Translations under genes and position numbers: made by a program | The notes under the pieces: model-generated | Database searches by the model: none | Seen by the model: the letters and a program-made list of their open reading frames with translations, nothing else | What the model was told of the DNA's origin: nothing | In this document: in pieces, positions 52,291 to 64,000 of the stretch | Position numbering within the stretch: the first letter of the stretch is position 1 | Layout of the letters: every line of letters begins with the position of its first letter | DNA from: Felis catus | Lineage: Eukaryota | Direction: 5' to 3' | NCBI RefSeq assembly: GCF_018350175.1 | Contig: NC_058368.1 | Coordinates: 8,122,001-8,186,000, forward strand | Length of the DNA: 64,000 nucleotides

Positions 52291-53066
52291 ACAAATACTT
52301 AAAATGCAATTGCAGGCTAATGAACTAAGTGTGGAATTGGAGATATCCCAGGTGAAGGGTGCTGAACTCAGATGTGGGGGTCAATGGCAGGGACAGGAAG
52401 GAAGCCAGAAGGAACGGATGTGCAAGACCTGGAGGCAACAGAGAGTGAACAGAGTGCACTCAAGGGTATGAAAGGTCTTCAGGTTGGTTGGAACATGTCA
52501 CGAAGGGATGTCAAATAAAGCTGAAGGGGCCAGATCACTCAGGGCTGGAGGGGCAAGCTTTCTGGTCCTGGGCCCTTACCTGCCAAATCACTCCCTCTTG
52601 AGGCAGTTGAAACAGGTAAATAACAACCAAGTAGTCACGTGAAGTGCTGGGATGAGCAGAGACACCATGGGTCTATGCTAGAATGGAATGGAAGGGGAGA
52701 AATCAGGAGAATGATTAGTAGTTTAATGTTGTGTTAGACTAAGCTAATAAATTCCATTTATTTATTTCTTCTTTAACGTCCATTTGTTCTTTGAATTCAT
52801 CAACTATTGATCAAATGCCTACTATGTGACAGGCACTGCATAGTTCAAGGGGTAATTAACCTGGACATACGACCCACACCCCACCTTCACAGAGCTTATT
52901 GTCCAGGGTGTAAAAGAAGGAAAGAAGAAAAACAAAACAAAGAAAACAGACAAAGTGACAAAATCACCACAAGTTGTAATACAATCTGAAGACTGAGGGC
53001 ACCTACCTACAGCAAAATGACATAAGTCCAGTGCAAAGTTGACTTAATTAAAGATGACAAGGTGTA

Positions 53067-53175
53067 GGGGCGCTTGGGTGGCTCGGTCACTTTAGCATCT
53101 GGCTCTTGATTTCAGCTCAGGCCATGATCCCAGGGTTGTGGGATCAAGTCCCATGTTCAGCATGCTTAAGATTCC

Positions 53176-53237
<62 letters not shown>

Positions 53238-53310
53238 TTGTCCCTCTACCTCACTCATGCTCTCTCTTTCTCTCCCTCTAAAATAAAAATAAATTTAAAG
53301 TAAATTTGAA
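53067..53310 (+). mobile_element. CanSINE (older)
   Basis: Head, long (CT)n, tail. Confidence 0.9.
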
Positions 53311-55254
53311 AAAAAGATGACCGATGTGTAGTGAAGGTTGGTCAAGGGTGCTATGAAAATGGTCAAGGTTGTGCCTCTCATCTTCGTCCCTGGTGCTGAT
53401 GATAATTACCTAGAAATACTTCAGTGAGGATTTGAATTCTCTGACCAGAGAATTTCATTGGTAGGTTCTTTGGTGGAGAGGGGGACATCCACTTTATTCT
53501 AAAACTTCTCCTCCCCTCCATCTAATCACTGACCATTCTCCTTCTGAGAGGTTCCGAGAGCCTCCCCTTCTGTCTCCAGGCCCTTCACCTGGCAGCCCCG
53601 GGCTGCCTAAACCGTCCCAGCCTACTTTTCAATGTCACTTCTCTGTTCCTTTGCCTTCAGTTCGCTTACGACGGTAGGCATAAATGCGCTATCTTCGCAG
53701 ATTGTGCATTGCAGGGTAGAGGGCCCTCCAAAATGAGGGGGCGTCCCTGTCCTGGGGTCAGATAAATGCAGTCAGCTATTTATCCACCTTGAAAGGTGGA
53801 ATATCCATCCATTAAAGGTCTACCGTCTCTGACAACGTTCTGCCAGTCACGGGACCCCAATACAAATGGCCCCTCTCATCGGTTGTGGTATTGCTCTGGC
53901 GAGGTTACCTCTCAGGCTGCCCCTGTGTCTGGAACATGCTTCCTCCCCCACGCTGCACAAACGTCTCTTCTATCATTGAAACAATCTTGGAAATCTTCCT
54001 TCCTTCCCGGAATCTCTTCTGTGGGAAAGGTTCTTTGCCTTTCACCCCGCCCCGTCCAAGTATGTTCCTCCCACGACCTGTTCCCTCAAATACACCTGCC
54101 TTGTGGCTGACATCGAGTGAATTGTCTGCTGTTTGTCCTTGGGTTCCTCCGAATCCCTGTGGGTGGATTTATCAGTAAGCTTCCAGAGGTCAGGAACTAT
54201 CTGTTTATTTGTACAATTATTATTACAAGGTAAATGCAGGAATAGAGCAAATGGGAAAACATAAACACGCCCGACACAGCACCTGGCCCAGAGAAGGGAC
54301 AATAGAAAGTAGTTATCAGTGCTAAAGAACAGATTGCTTTAAACCCTGTATTTATCTTTTTGGAGAAAAAAGATATGAATATGATATGACAGGGCGTAGG
54401 ACGAATTCTCCTCCCTAGCTTCACGTTTCCCCTCTGTAGGCAGCCACTCTTGGCCTGCGCTTGTGCATTTTTCCAGAGGTTTTGTGAAGAGTTTTGTAAT
54501 AGGTGAGACTTCGCGATGGAGAACTAGTTACTATAAGCCGGCTTTACTTACGTGTGGAAATGACTATCTTTCTTTCCTGCCTGCTTCCAGCCAATCCCTG
54601 GCTTCACCCTGACATCGTCGTTGAGTTATTCCACCCAGCTCCCCCTGACCTGACCTCCCTAAACCTTTGTCCCCTCCTCTGTCCGGTGGGGAGTCATAAT
54701 AGTGCTGAATTCGGAGGTGGGGGGAGGGCTGAGGGTTCTCACAAAAGGAATATCATGTATCCTGTATCTCTAGTGTATTATCTGTAATCGTCATAATAAT
54801 GATTACCTCGGTCATTCTTTACCCTCCTTGCACAAATGCTGTTAGACTTCTCCCTTATTGAAACCTAGTAGCCAACGTACGGTAACTCTCCTTTCTGCAG
54901 ACGGGGAACTGAGGTCCCGAATCCCACAATCCTTTAATGGCCATTCGAGCCAGCTCCGAAGGCCCGGAATTCCAAACCCCCTTCCCTCGCACCAGGCCTG
55001 CTTTGACTCTGCGCTCCCCGGAGGTTTGTGATTTCCCATGAAGTAACGTTGGACGAAGATGAGGTCACTTGAAAGATTTGTTTTTTCTTCGAACCATGAG
55101 GGCATGGAAAAAAATCAGCATGAGTCAAAACAAAAACAGGAACCATATGGGTCCAGAGAAGTCTGTGGAACACGCGAAGAGAAACAGCACCATTCTGCAC
55201 ATCCTAACAGCAGCGTGCCTCCCGGGCTCTTGAAAAGTTGAGCGGGGGGAGGGG

Positions 55255-55705
55255 GGAGGCACCCAGGGGGCTCAGTTGGGCGGCTGACTTAGGCTCAGGC
55301 CATGATCTCACAGTTTGTGGGTTTGAGCCCCGCGTCCGGCCCTGCGCTGACAGCTCAGAGCCCGGGGCCTGCTTGGGATTCTGTGTCTCCTTCTCCTTCT
55401 GTCCCTCCACAGCTCGTGCTCTGTTTCTGTCTCTTAAAAATAAATGAACATGAAGGGGCGCCTGGGTGGCTCAGTCGGTCAAGCGTCCGACTTCGGCTCA
55501 GGTCGTGATCTCGCGGTCCGTGAGTTCGAGCCCCGCGTCGGGCTCTGTGCTGACTGCTCAGAGCCTGCAGCCTGTTTCAGATTCTGTGTCTCCCTCTCTC
55601 TCTGCCCCTCCCCCGTTCATGCTCTGTCTCTCTCTGTCTCAAAAATAAATAAAAAACGTTAAAAAAAATTAAAAAAAATAAATAAACGAACATGAAAAAA
55701 AAAAA
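55255..55705 (+). mobile_element. CanSINE with a second CanSINE in its tail (~55455)
   Basis: TSD aataaa(t/c)gaacatgaa. Confidence 0.9.
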
Positions 55706-57339
55706 AAGCCGCAGGGGGCCAAGGCCCAGGTTTTATCAAATCTCCTTTCTCAACCTTCCTCATCTACCCCCTTGGTTCTATCAGAGCTCACTGCAGGGGA
55801 CCAATAGCCCCCCTTATGGTCTCTGAAGGGCAGGGCAGGCCTCGGTCCACAACATGTTTTTGTTTTTCCCCAGAGAGAAAACAAATAAGGTCTGCAGACC
55901 ACTCTGTCCTCCGGGATACTGCAGGGGGCGGGTGGAGAATTGCAACCCCCCCCCCCCCCCCCCCGCCAGACCCCTTTTAAACTAAGGGGATCTCCCTGAG
56001 CCAGACTAATTCCAGGGGCCGGACTGGAAGAAAGGTACCTCCGGTGGAAGACCCGTTAAAATGTTGCAGCTTCTCAAATGAAAAAGCCAACATTAAACGG
56101 GCACTTCTGCCCTTCCGGGAGGAAGTGGGCTGTCAGCGAAGGGGGAAGGAGGGACTGCGCTTCCCTCCGCGGGAAGCAGGGAGAGCCTCAGTGTCTCGAA
56201 CACGTAGCGGTGGGGACCGGGCTTGAGTCCTAGGTCACTCGCGGTGCAGGATACCGAGGTGGAAGGGGTGGCCTGCCGCAGCACGTAGGGCTGCACTGTC
56301 CCGCTGGGTCACTGACGACAGACGGGAGGCAGGGGCCTAGATTCAAAAGTGGTTCCGGCATTTAAGAGGGAAAAACAGGCCCGTTTGAGACAACACACGT
56401 GCTTTCCCTCTCACACACACAGAGGACGGGGACACAAAACAAAGGGTCCTTCCCCGCAGACCAGATACTTCAATGGTAGGAAACGTGAGGGCAAGAGATC
56501 TCTGACCCCACAGGAGCCAGATCGGAAAATGCTGACAACATTGGCAATCCAGTCCCATACGCTTCGGGCATTTGGGACAGCCGTGAAATGCAGGGGCCGG
56601 GTGGTTTTCTTTCAAAGAGAGGAAAGGACCTGGGTAAGGGGCCCGTGCGTGCAAGCAAGGGAGGTGAAATTTTCGTGAACACGGGAGGCCGTCGATCCGA
56701 GAGCCTGTGAGTGTGCGTGAGAACAGGAGTGCCCGTGACCAGAAGTGCTCATCGCAGAACGGGGTCAAGGCCCATGAGCAGGTTCTTGGGATTAGAAAGA
56801 ACGAAGCAAGACTCCGAGTCAGGGGAAGTGAGAGGGTGACACTTAGGGAGCAGCTCCTGTGGCTCAGGCAGTGTCCCAGACCCTACAGCTGCATCCTCTC
56901 CCTTCTCCCCGTGAACTTGAGGGGCCGCTACGCTTCTCCTCCACGGACAGGAGTCCCGAGGAAGTAACACCACGATCAGCTCTCCGCTCGCATGGCCACT
57001 GAAGGAGGAGAGGTGGGATTGCAACGCACTTCTGCCTGATGCCCCCAGCCCCTTGCCCCATCCCCTCCCCCGTGTTGTCCTTCAAGGTGGGACAGAGCAC
57101 AGAATACCTTTAAAAACTACCGAAGAAAGCGCTTGGAAGGTATCAGATCAGTCTGCTTGACCCTCCCAAGGACGCGGACATCTTAAGAGGGACCGGCTCG
57201 TGCCAGGCCATGCGTGTTCTACGTGACATAGGGCCTGAGTAGGCTGTTTCAATATTTTGGCATATTGTCTTTCTGGGTGTGGTGTACTATTGTTACAGGC
57301 CGCACACCCAGACAACATTGTGTGAGAGCTGCTGCTTAC

Positions 57340-57533
57340 CTGGAAACTCCGGGCACCAGGGTTTTAGCTGCAAGAGTGAGAATGGGTCCACCCTGTACAG
57401 GTATCTTGCAATGACAATAGCTGGCGGCTGTCCGTAACCCAGGACTTGATGCAGGCGACAAAAGGAAGTGTCGAGAGAGCTTGGCCCCCTACTGTGAAAT
57501 GAGACCCATCTAGTCACTTCCGGTTAACTTATA
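57340..57533 (-). promoter_or_regulatory. Candidate minus-strand promoter and first exon
   Basis: ETS ACCGGAAGTG 57515-57524; TATAAG 57528-57533; PU.1-like AAAAGGAAGTG 57460-57470; CAG|GTAAGC donor at 57340/57339. Confidence 0.3.
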
Positions 57534-57576
57534 ATTTTACGCAGCAAACTGTAAGTGACAGAGAAAGACGCTTTGA

Positions 57577-57760
57577 GGGGCCGCCTCGGTGGCCCATCCG
57601 GGTCCGGTTCTTGATTTTGGATCAGGTCATGACCTCATGGTTCGTGGGTTTGAGTACGGAGCCTGCTTGGGATTCTCCCTCTTCCTCGTTCCCTGCCCCT
57701 CCCCCGCACGCACATGTGTTCTTTCTCTCTCTCAAAATAAATAAAATTTTTTTAAAAATC
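57577..57760 (+). mobile_element. CanSINE (divergent)
   Basis: Degenerate head, (CT)n, tail. Confidence 0.85.
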
Positions 57761-58484
57761 CAGAAAAGCACTTTGGCATGAACCTCCAAATTCTTCTCAG
57801 GAGTAAGAAAAAAAATCTTAGCCAGGGGTGGCTCAGAGAATGTTCCAGTCTGGTCTGAATTCCTCTACCTTTTGGGTTTCCAAGTCCCAGTGATTCTCCC
57901 AAGCATATTCCGCGGTGATCTTGTCATCTACCTCCAATAAAGTCGATGTCTCGACATTGGGACTTGTTCAAGTTCCACTTTATGCCCTAAATAGGTAGCT
58001 AATCGATTAGATTCCTAAGAAGGTTTGTTCTCTCCCATAGGCCGGCCCAAATGCCTGTTGCTCGTAACTTCTGCTCTGCAAAGGACTTCTCTATATTTTT
58101 GAGGCCCTGCAAAGCCTGAAACTCCAGTGTTCTGGCCAGTTGCATTTTAATTCTGCCCATTCTTGTGGTCAGAAGAGACTAGATTCAGTTTCTCTTGATA
58201 GTAATAGTGACATCTTTATTTGGAGCCCTTCTCTGATCAAAAACAGAGATGCTGAGATTTTCTTGTTTAATTCTATCGCAAATCCTTTGGGTAAAGCAGC
58301 TCAGGGGTGTTACTATTAACTGTTTCATCCTCAGGATTGTGTGGGCTGCACTATGATACACTGCTAAAGGCTGAAATAGGTCTAGATCCTTGAAAGAATA
58401 CCACTCAGGTATTAAAACAGGGAGCTAAATGTAGTGTATTTAATTAAAATGGTATGTTTTATGTTAGGAGCTTCACATACTTTC

Positions 58485-58563
58485 TTTTTTTTTTTTCCCC
58501 AAGTTTGTTTGTTTATTTCAAGAGAGAGATAGAAATCCCAAGCAGGTTCCTCACTGTCAGCGC

Positions 58564-58603
<40 letters not shown>

Positions 58604-58752
58604 CGGGAAGGGCAGAGAAAAAGGGAGTGAGAGAATCCCAGGCAGGCTCTGCATTGTCAGCGTGGAGCCTGGAACTCACGAACCATGAGATCGTGACCTG
58701 AGCCAAAATCAAGAGTCGGTCGCTTCACCGACTGAGCCACCCAGGCGCCCCC
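58485..58752 (-). mobile_element. CanSINE with internal partial duplication
   Basis: aatccca.gcagg.t...tgtcagcg occurs twice. Confidence 0.85.
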
Positions 58753-58849
58753 GCCCCCGCCCCCACGCACCTGTTTTCATTTAATCCTTAGACTATCTCT
58801 ACGAGGTGCATGATCTATGTCCGTCTTACAGGATTTTTTTTTTATGGTG

Positions 58850-59225
58850 GCGGTAAAAAAGATAAAATTTACCACCTTAACCATTTTTAGGATTAGCATA
58901 TAAGAGGGTTAACTAGATTCTAACTATTTATAGCATATTGTGCAAGAGATCTCTAGAAGTCTTTCATCTTGAAAAACTGCAGCTCTTCACCCGTTGAGCA
59001 AGAACTTCCCACCCCGCCTTCCTCCAGCCCCTGAAAACTACCATTCAACTTTCTGTTTCTATGAGTTGACTACCCTGGGCACCTCATACAAGCGGAATCG
59101 TATGGCCTTTATCTTTCCGGGGCTGGTTTATTTCACTGAGCATGATGCTCCCACGCTGTAGCACATGTCAGAATTCCCGTCTTTTTTAGGGGCTCAATAA
59201 TAGTCCCTTGCGTGTCTATGCTATA
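58850..59225 (-). mobile_element. L1 3' fragment
   Basis: ccagcccctgaaaactaccattcaactttctgtttctatgag. Confidence 0.8.
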
Positions 59226-62200
59226 CCCTCTTTCGTGTCTGGGATTTTAATCCAGGCTGCAGATCCCACGCTCTTTCCTTGTGAGTAAACCGTGTTAACG
59301 TGTCAGCCCCAAAGGTTAAGGAGATTTGCAAACCTCACATTCTACATAACACGAAAGCAAAATGAGACGGTCGCGTCCCGGCTCTCTTCTTAGCCTTCCA
59401 AGCTCAGAGATGGAGTGAAACAGGGCACACGGCTAAGTGGAGCCCGCGTCTTTCTCACCGGAGAGAGCCCGGCTCCCCACTCCTCTGCTCGCTGTGCACC
59501 GCCCATTCCTGCCTCCCACCACCCTCCCACCCCAGCACACACCCTGGGCCTTTCCTCTCCTCTAAGTCACGTACCAAGGGCTCCAGGACGTCTCCAGTCT
59601 CCAGCTGAATGTAAATAGCGCTGAGACCTCAAACTCCCCGCCCTTCCTCACCCAGCCTTCCCTGTTGCCCAAGCTCGTCCTGTGGGCTGTGCCAGTGTCC
59701 TGCTGCTTGTGAGTCTAACGCCTCAGTCGTCTTCGCCTGCCTCTCCAGCCTCATCGGCCCCCCTGCAGCCGCCCAGGACAGCGGCTTCCGTCTTTCCGGC
59801 CCACCTCACATCCCCTCGGAGCTTCCCCTTTTCCAGAATCCCCTCCAAATCCTTGGACCGAGCCCTGCCGGCTCAGCAAGCTGCCGTGCTGCTTTCTGTA
59901 TCCACTTCCAGCACATTCCCACCCTCCACGAGCCACCCCTCCACGGCTCCCCACCGGGAGTGGTCTTGAACCACTTACATCCATTCCTCCCAGCTCGGCC
60001 ACATAGTAGAACGAACTGGTCTCCTTCGTGTCATCGAATCAAATCAGACTCAACCCCACCCTGCTCCAGCCCTTCCCCTCCTGCCTGCCCACTTCTCTCT
60101 CCTCATCTGGGCCCTCCTTGTTGGCTCGGCTCTGGTCAAGAGTATTTTCGGCCCCCAGCCCCACCCCCAGTCCGCGCCCTTCACGCTCACCTCCAACCTG
60201 TAGGCATTATTCACGTGCATCAACCCCAGACCCGGGGCTCCTTTCTCTTCCACTACTGATGTGAGCCCCCACTCTCTTCTCCCTCCGGCTCTTCGGAATG
60301 CCCTTTGCAGTTCAGATGAATCCCACCCCGTTGGGTCATTTGTCTTTTCTGACCCGTCTCGGATTTCGATGTAATTAATGTCTCCTTATAAATATTTTTA
60401 AGAACTCTATACGGACTTGTATATATCTAACACGATATATGCATACGTATCTTTTCACGTAAGTTCCTCTGAGAATCCGCCCGGCCTGCTTGTCCTATGC
60501 CCAAGTGGCTCCTTCACCCTCCCAGCATATGTTATATGCCATAAATAAATTATACCATAAACATCAGAGAGAGGGGGTTCAGGATAACACCGCAGTTGTC
60601 TTTCCAGCCAAGGTGAGTTTAATGGGTTCAGCGATGGAGAACTGGAGGAAATGGGGCTTGGGTCAAGATGCAGGTGAGCTCTGGAGAAGGGTGCAGCATT
60701 TTTTGGCAAAGCAAGCCCTGAGAGAGATTCCTGATAAGGCGGGGGTGTGGGGTCTGATCTTGGCATTCAGGCCTGCCTTCTGAGCCAAGAGCAACCTGCA
60801 CAAGGCCCCTGGGCACTCTGGCATGACACCAAGGGGCATTTTAGAGTTCCACAGCACCACCTGCCCCCCCGGCTTGGGTTACACAGAAGGGCCAAAGGCA
60901 AGAAGATGCCACGTGCGGACATCACAACCAGGGGAAGCCTCACCGTAAGCCGGGACCGAGGGCCACATTCTGGACCCGAGAGGCCAGTCCCAGCTCATTG
61001 GAAGCCAAAGCTAACCTCAGAACAGACAGAACTTTTTCTCATCCCCTACCCCGTCACAGACTTGACAAAATGTTAAATAAGACTTCCTAATCCAGATCCT
61101 GTCCCGAGAGAAGGAAATGAAAAGACCAAAGGGAGGATCCTGAACTGAGGGGCTACCCCCAAGCGACAGAATTTCAGCTGGAAGTGACTGAGTTTACTCA
61201 GATTGGCCAGATCCGGGCTTCCCCCACGGAGAGGAAGCGGGACTGATCAGTTGAGCCGGCTCCATTACAAAATCTGTGGGATTCGTCTCTCCTACACAGA
61301 TTGTGCACCCAGGAGACAGCCGCCGGAACGGATGGCTGGTGAATTAGCTCCTCTGGGCTTGGCAGGGGCTTTGGAGGTGACTTAGGTGGAACCTATCACT
61401 TTAGTGACAAGCACCCAGGACCCATGTGTCCATGCCCCTGCCTCGGGAGGCTAGCCCTTCCCACCACCCTCGCTGCTTGCTCGACTCTGTGTCCGTAATG
61501 CAGGAGATGTCACACTGAGGGTAACAAGGAAGGTAAATTAAGCTCAGTGGGACAGTATAGACAGCAGAGACAGCCTGCAGGGTTTGAAGAGCGGGAAGGC
61601 AAAGGCAGCTTGCTGTCCATGCCAGGCCCCAGGCCTGGGTGACCTGGGGTTGAAGATAGTGTATGTGGAGCCATCATCCTGAGAGGCTCGAAGTGGCAGG
61701 TCCCTTGCTGGGCATTTCTGCAGCGAGAGAGTTAACCTCCAACCATTCCTTGCTCAATACAATTTGCTTGACCTTTTATAGGGAAGGTGCGTTCCAAAAA
61801 TGTATACTCGCTTTTACACTTATCTAACACTTTTCCACAGTCACAAAGAAGAAGCAAAGCCAACTTCTTTTTAACTTGCTTGAGAGTACAGGCCTGTCCC
61901 CACTCCCTCTCAGCGTCTAAGCCAAGAGTGGAATATGCTCGTGTTGAATTAAGGAGTCACGGATCATCATTCTCCGATGATTAAGGACTCCTCTTCCATA
62001 TGTTGACGCTTCATTTCCCCCATGGAATCAGCTCTGTGTATTTCTCTGCACAGAAGCAGAGAAATGTATTTAAAAGCTTATTATGAGTAATCTCTTAAGC
62101 TTATTATGAGTACACTTATTCTAAGTGAGTGAAAGCAAATATGTCTTTATATAGTGTCTAGATAAGCACCGTGATGTTTAAGAAGTGTTCTTAAATGTGA

Positions 62201-62827
62201 AGTGTCTCGGTGATCACAGGCAAATGCCACTATCAGTTTCATTGGCTGGAATATAATCGAGGCTTACGTCAATCACATCTGACATTTCTATCCGGTGTAA
62301 TACTGTGCTTACATTATAAGGCAAGTTCTCAGGTTTGTGAACCTCATTCACCCAAATTGTTTCTCGCTGACTTTTTAGGGGTGACCGTGGGGGTGGGGAG
62401 AGACGAAAGAGGGTGATGGAGACCCTTGGGGCCTTTGGCAGCGGGGTGACCCTAAGCCTTGGCTTATGTCCACAATAAACAGTCAAAAATGAATCCTGAA
62501 TCATCAGGCCCTGGGAGCACGAAGGGGTCCACGTTTGGTGGTTCTAGCATGAAGCGGAGGACAAAAGAGCCAAGGTGGAAGTTGGCTGTCCTTTCTGCTT
62601 ACAAACCCCCTAGGTGACGTGGCATTTAAGCAGATGTGGTCCCCAGCACCATATCCCTGAACTGCATGTTAAAGAATAGCTAATCATTCTCCAAGATTAT
62701 CTCATCCGAGAGTCAAAGTTAATAGTGGCTCAAAGACCTTGGGAGTGTCACGGCTGTGCTTAGCCCTTCACACACACACCAGCTCGATGCTCCAAAGTGC
62801 CATGGGAAGGAGGTACGATTCACCACT

Positions 62828-63189
62828 GCTACAGAATGAATGTTTGTGTCTCTCCACAATTCACATGTTGAAACCTAATCCACAAGGTGATGGTATTAGG
62901 AGGTGGGGTCTTTGAGGGGTGATGCGATCACTGGGATGGTGCCCCCATAAACGGGACTGTTGCCCTGATAAAAGAGACCCCGGAGAGCCCCCTCCCCACT
63001 TCCGCCATGTGAGGGCACGTGAGAGGGTGCTGTCTACGGAGCAGGAAACAGACTCTCACCAGAGACTGATCTGTTGCTCACTTGATCTTGGACTTCGAGG
63101 CCTCCAGAACCGTGAGAAGTAAGTTTCTGCAGTTTGTAAGCCACCCAGTCCTATGGCAATTTGCTACAGCAGCCTGAATGGATAAGACA
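62828..63189 (+). mobile_element. MLT1A-like LTR, near full length
   Basis: tgaatgtttgtgtc...ggtattaggaggtggggtctttg...cctccagaaccgtgagaa...taagccacccagtc. Confidence 0.9.
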
Positions 63190-64000
63190 ACCCCTTTTTA
63201 CAGATGGAGGCCTTGTGTGTGTTGTATAAAAAGGGAAGTGGGGAGCTGAACTTCTAAGGAAATACACTGGCTTTATTTGTGATACCAACACAATACTCAC
63301 TGTGTACCAGGCACTCTTCTAAATGCTTGGCTCAGGCTAACTGGATTGCTCCTCGAAACAACCTTGAGGCGGGTGATTTGGCCAGGGACATAGAGCTGGG
63401 ACTGTAGACCCTCGGTGGTTGGTGCCAGCCCGTGCCCCGCACGCTGCCGTGCTGTTTCTCTGTGGTTCCATAGTACGAGGTCACATCTGACCCTGTGCTC
63501 CTCTTCTTCCTGGGCCCCGTCACCTTGACAACCACGTGGTGACTGGTCTTCTCTGTCACCACCCTGTGCACTCCACAGTGGTGAAGACTAGATCTTCTAC
63601 ACTGAACCTCAGTCTTCAGGACCCAAAGCAGAACCTAGCATATGGTAGGCCCTGGAAAAGGAATGGCTGAGTGCAAGGGTCCGTTCTATTCCTCTGTGAT
63701 AATGGTGCAGAACTGAGCCGACAACACAAACAGTTATGTAATCAATCTTGTTTGTTTGAAACGGATACACGCTAAATATATGAGACACTTCCAGAGTCTG
63801 AAATAGTCTAAAAACTAGGGTTTTGCAAAAGAGCCATTTGATACAACACCTATCAAAGATGTGCTAGTTTCTAGGCGATACTTCAAGCATTTGACAGGCA
63901 TTTTCTCATTTCCTTCTTGTAGCAGCTCTATGACGTAGGTACGATTGTATCTGTGTTGGTTTTTGTCAATTTCAGATGCACGAGCACAACCTTGGGTTCA

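Overview
Mammalian genomic DNA, almost certainly from a felid. It carries about 38 tRNA-derived CanSINEs of the feline type (SINEC_Fc-like) on a background of old eutherian repeats: L1M, L2, MIR, MER5A, MER33, MER45A, MER63, MLT1 and LTR33. I recognise no intact protein-coding gene, and the ORF track is mostly noise from SINEs, L2 remnants and GC-rich DNA. The one clear gene-derived sequence is a decayed copy of LARP7 exons 5-8 (about 37190-38480) that still contains its three short introns. It ends just before where the antisense miR-302/367 cluster lies in the real gene. My best hypothesis is that it is a retrocopy of the antisense pri-miR-302/367 host transcript rather than of LARP7 mRNA. 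Other notable features are an interstitial telomeric repeat at an L1 truncation point, two or three tandem SINE pairs enclosed by a single target-site duplication (TSD), and several promoter-like or exon-like motif clusters that may belong to unannotated transcripts (low confidence). Repeat family names and LARP7 comparisons come from recalled consensus sequences, not from database searches.
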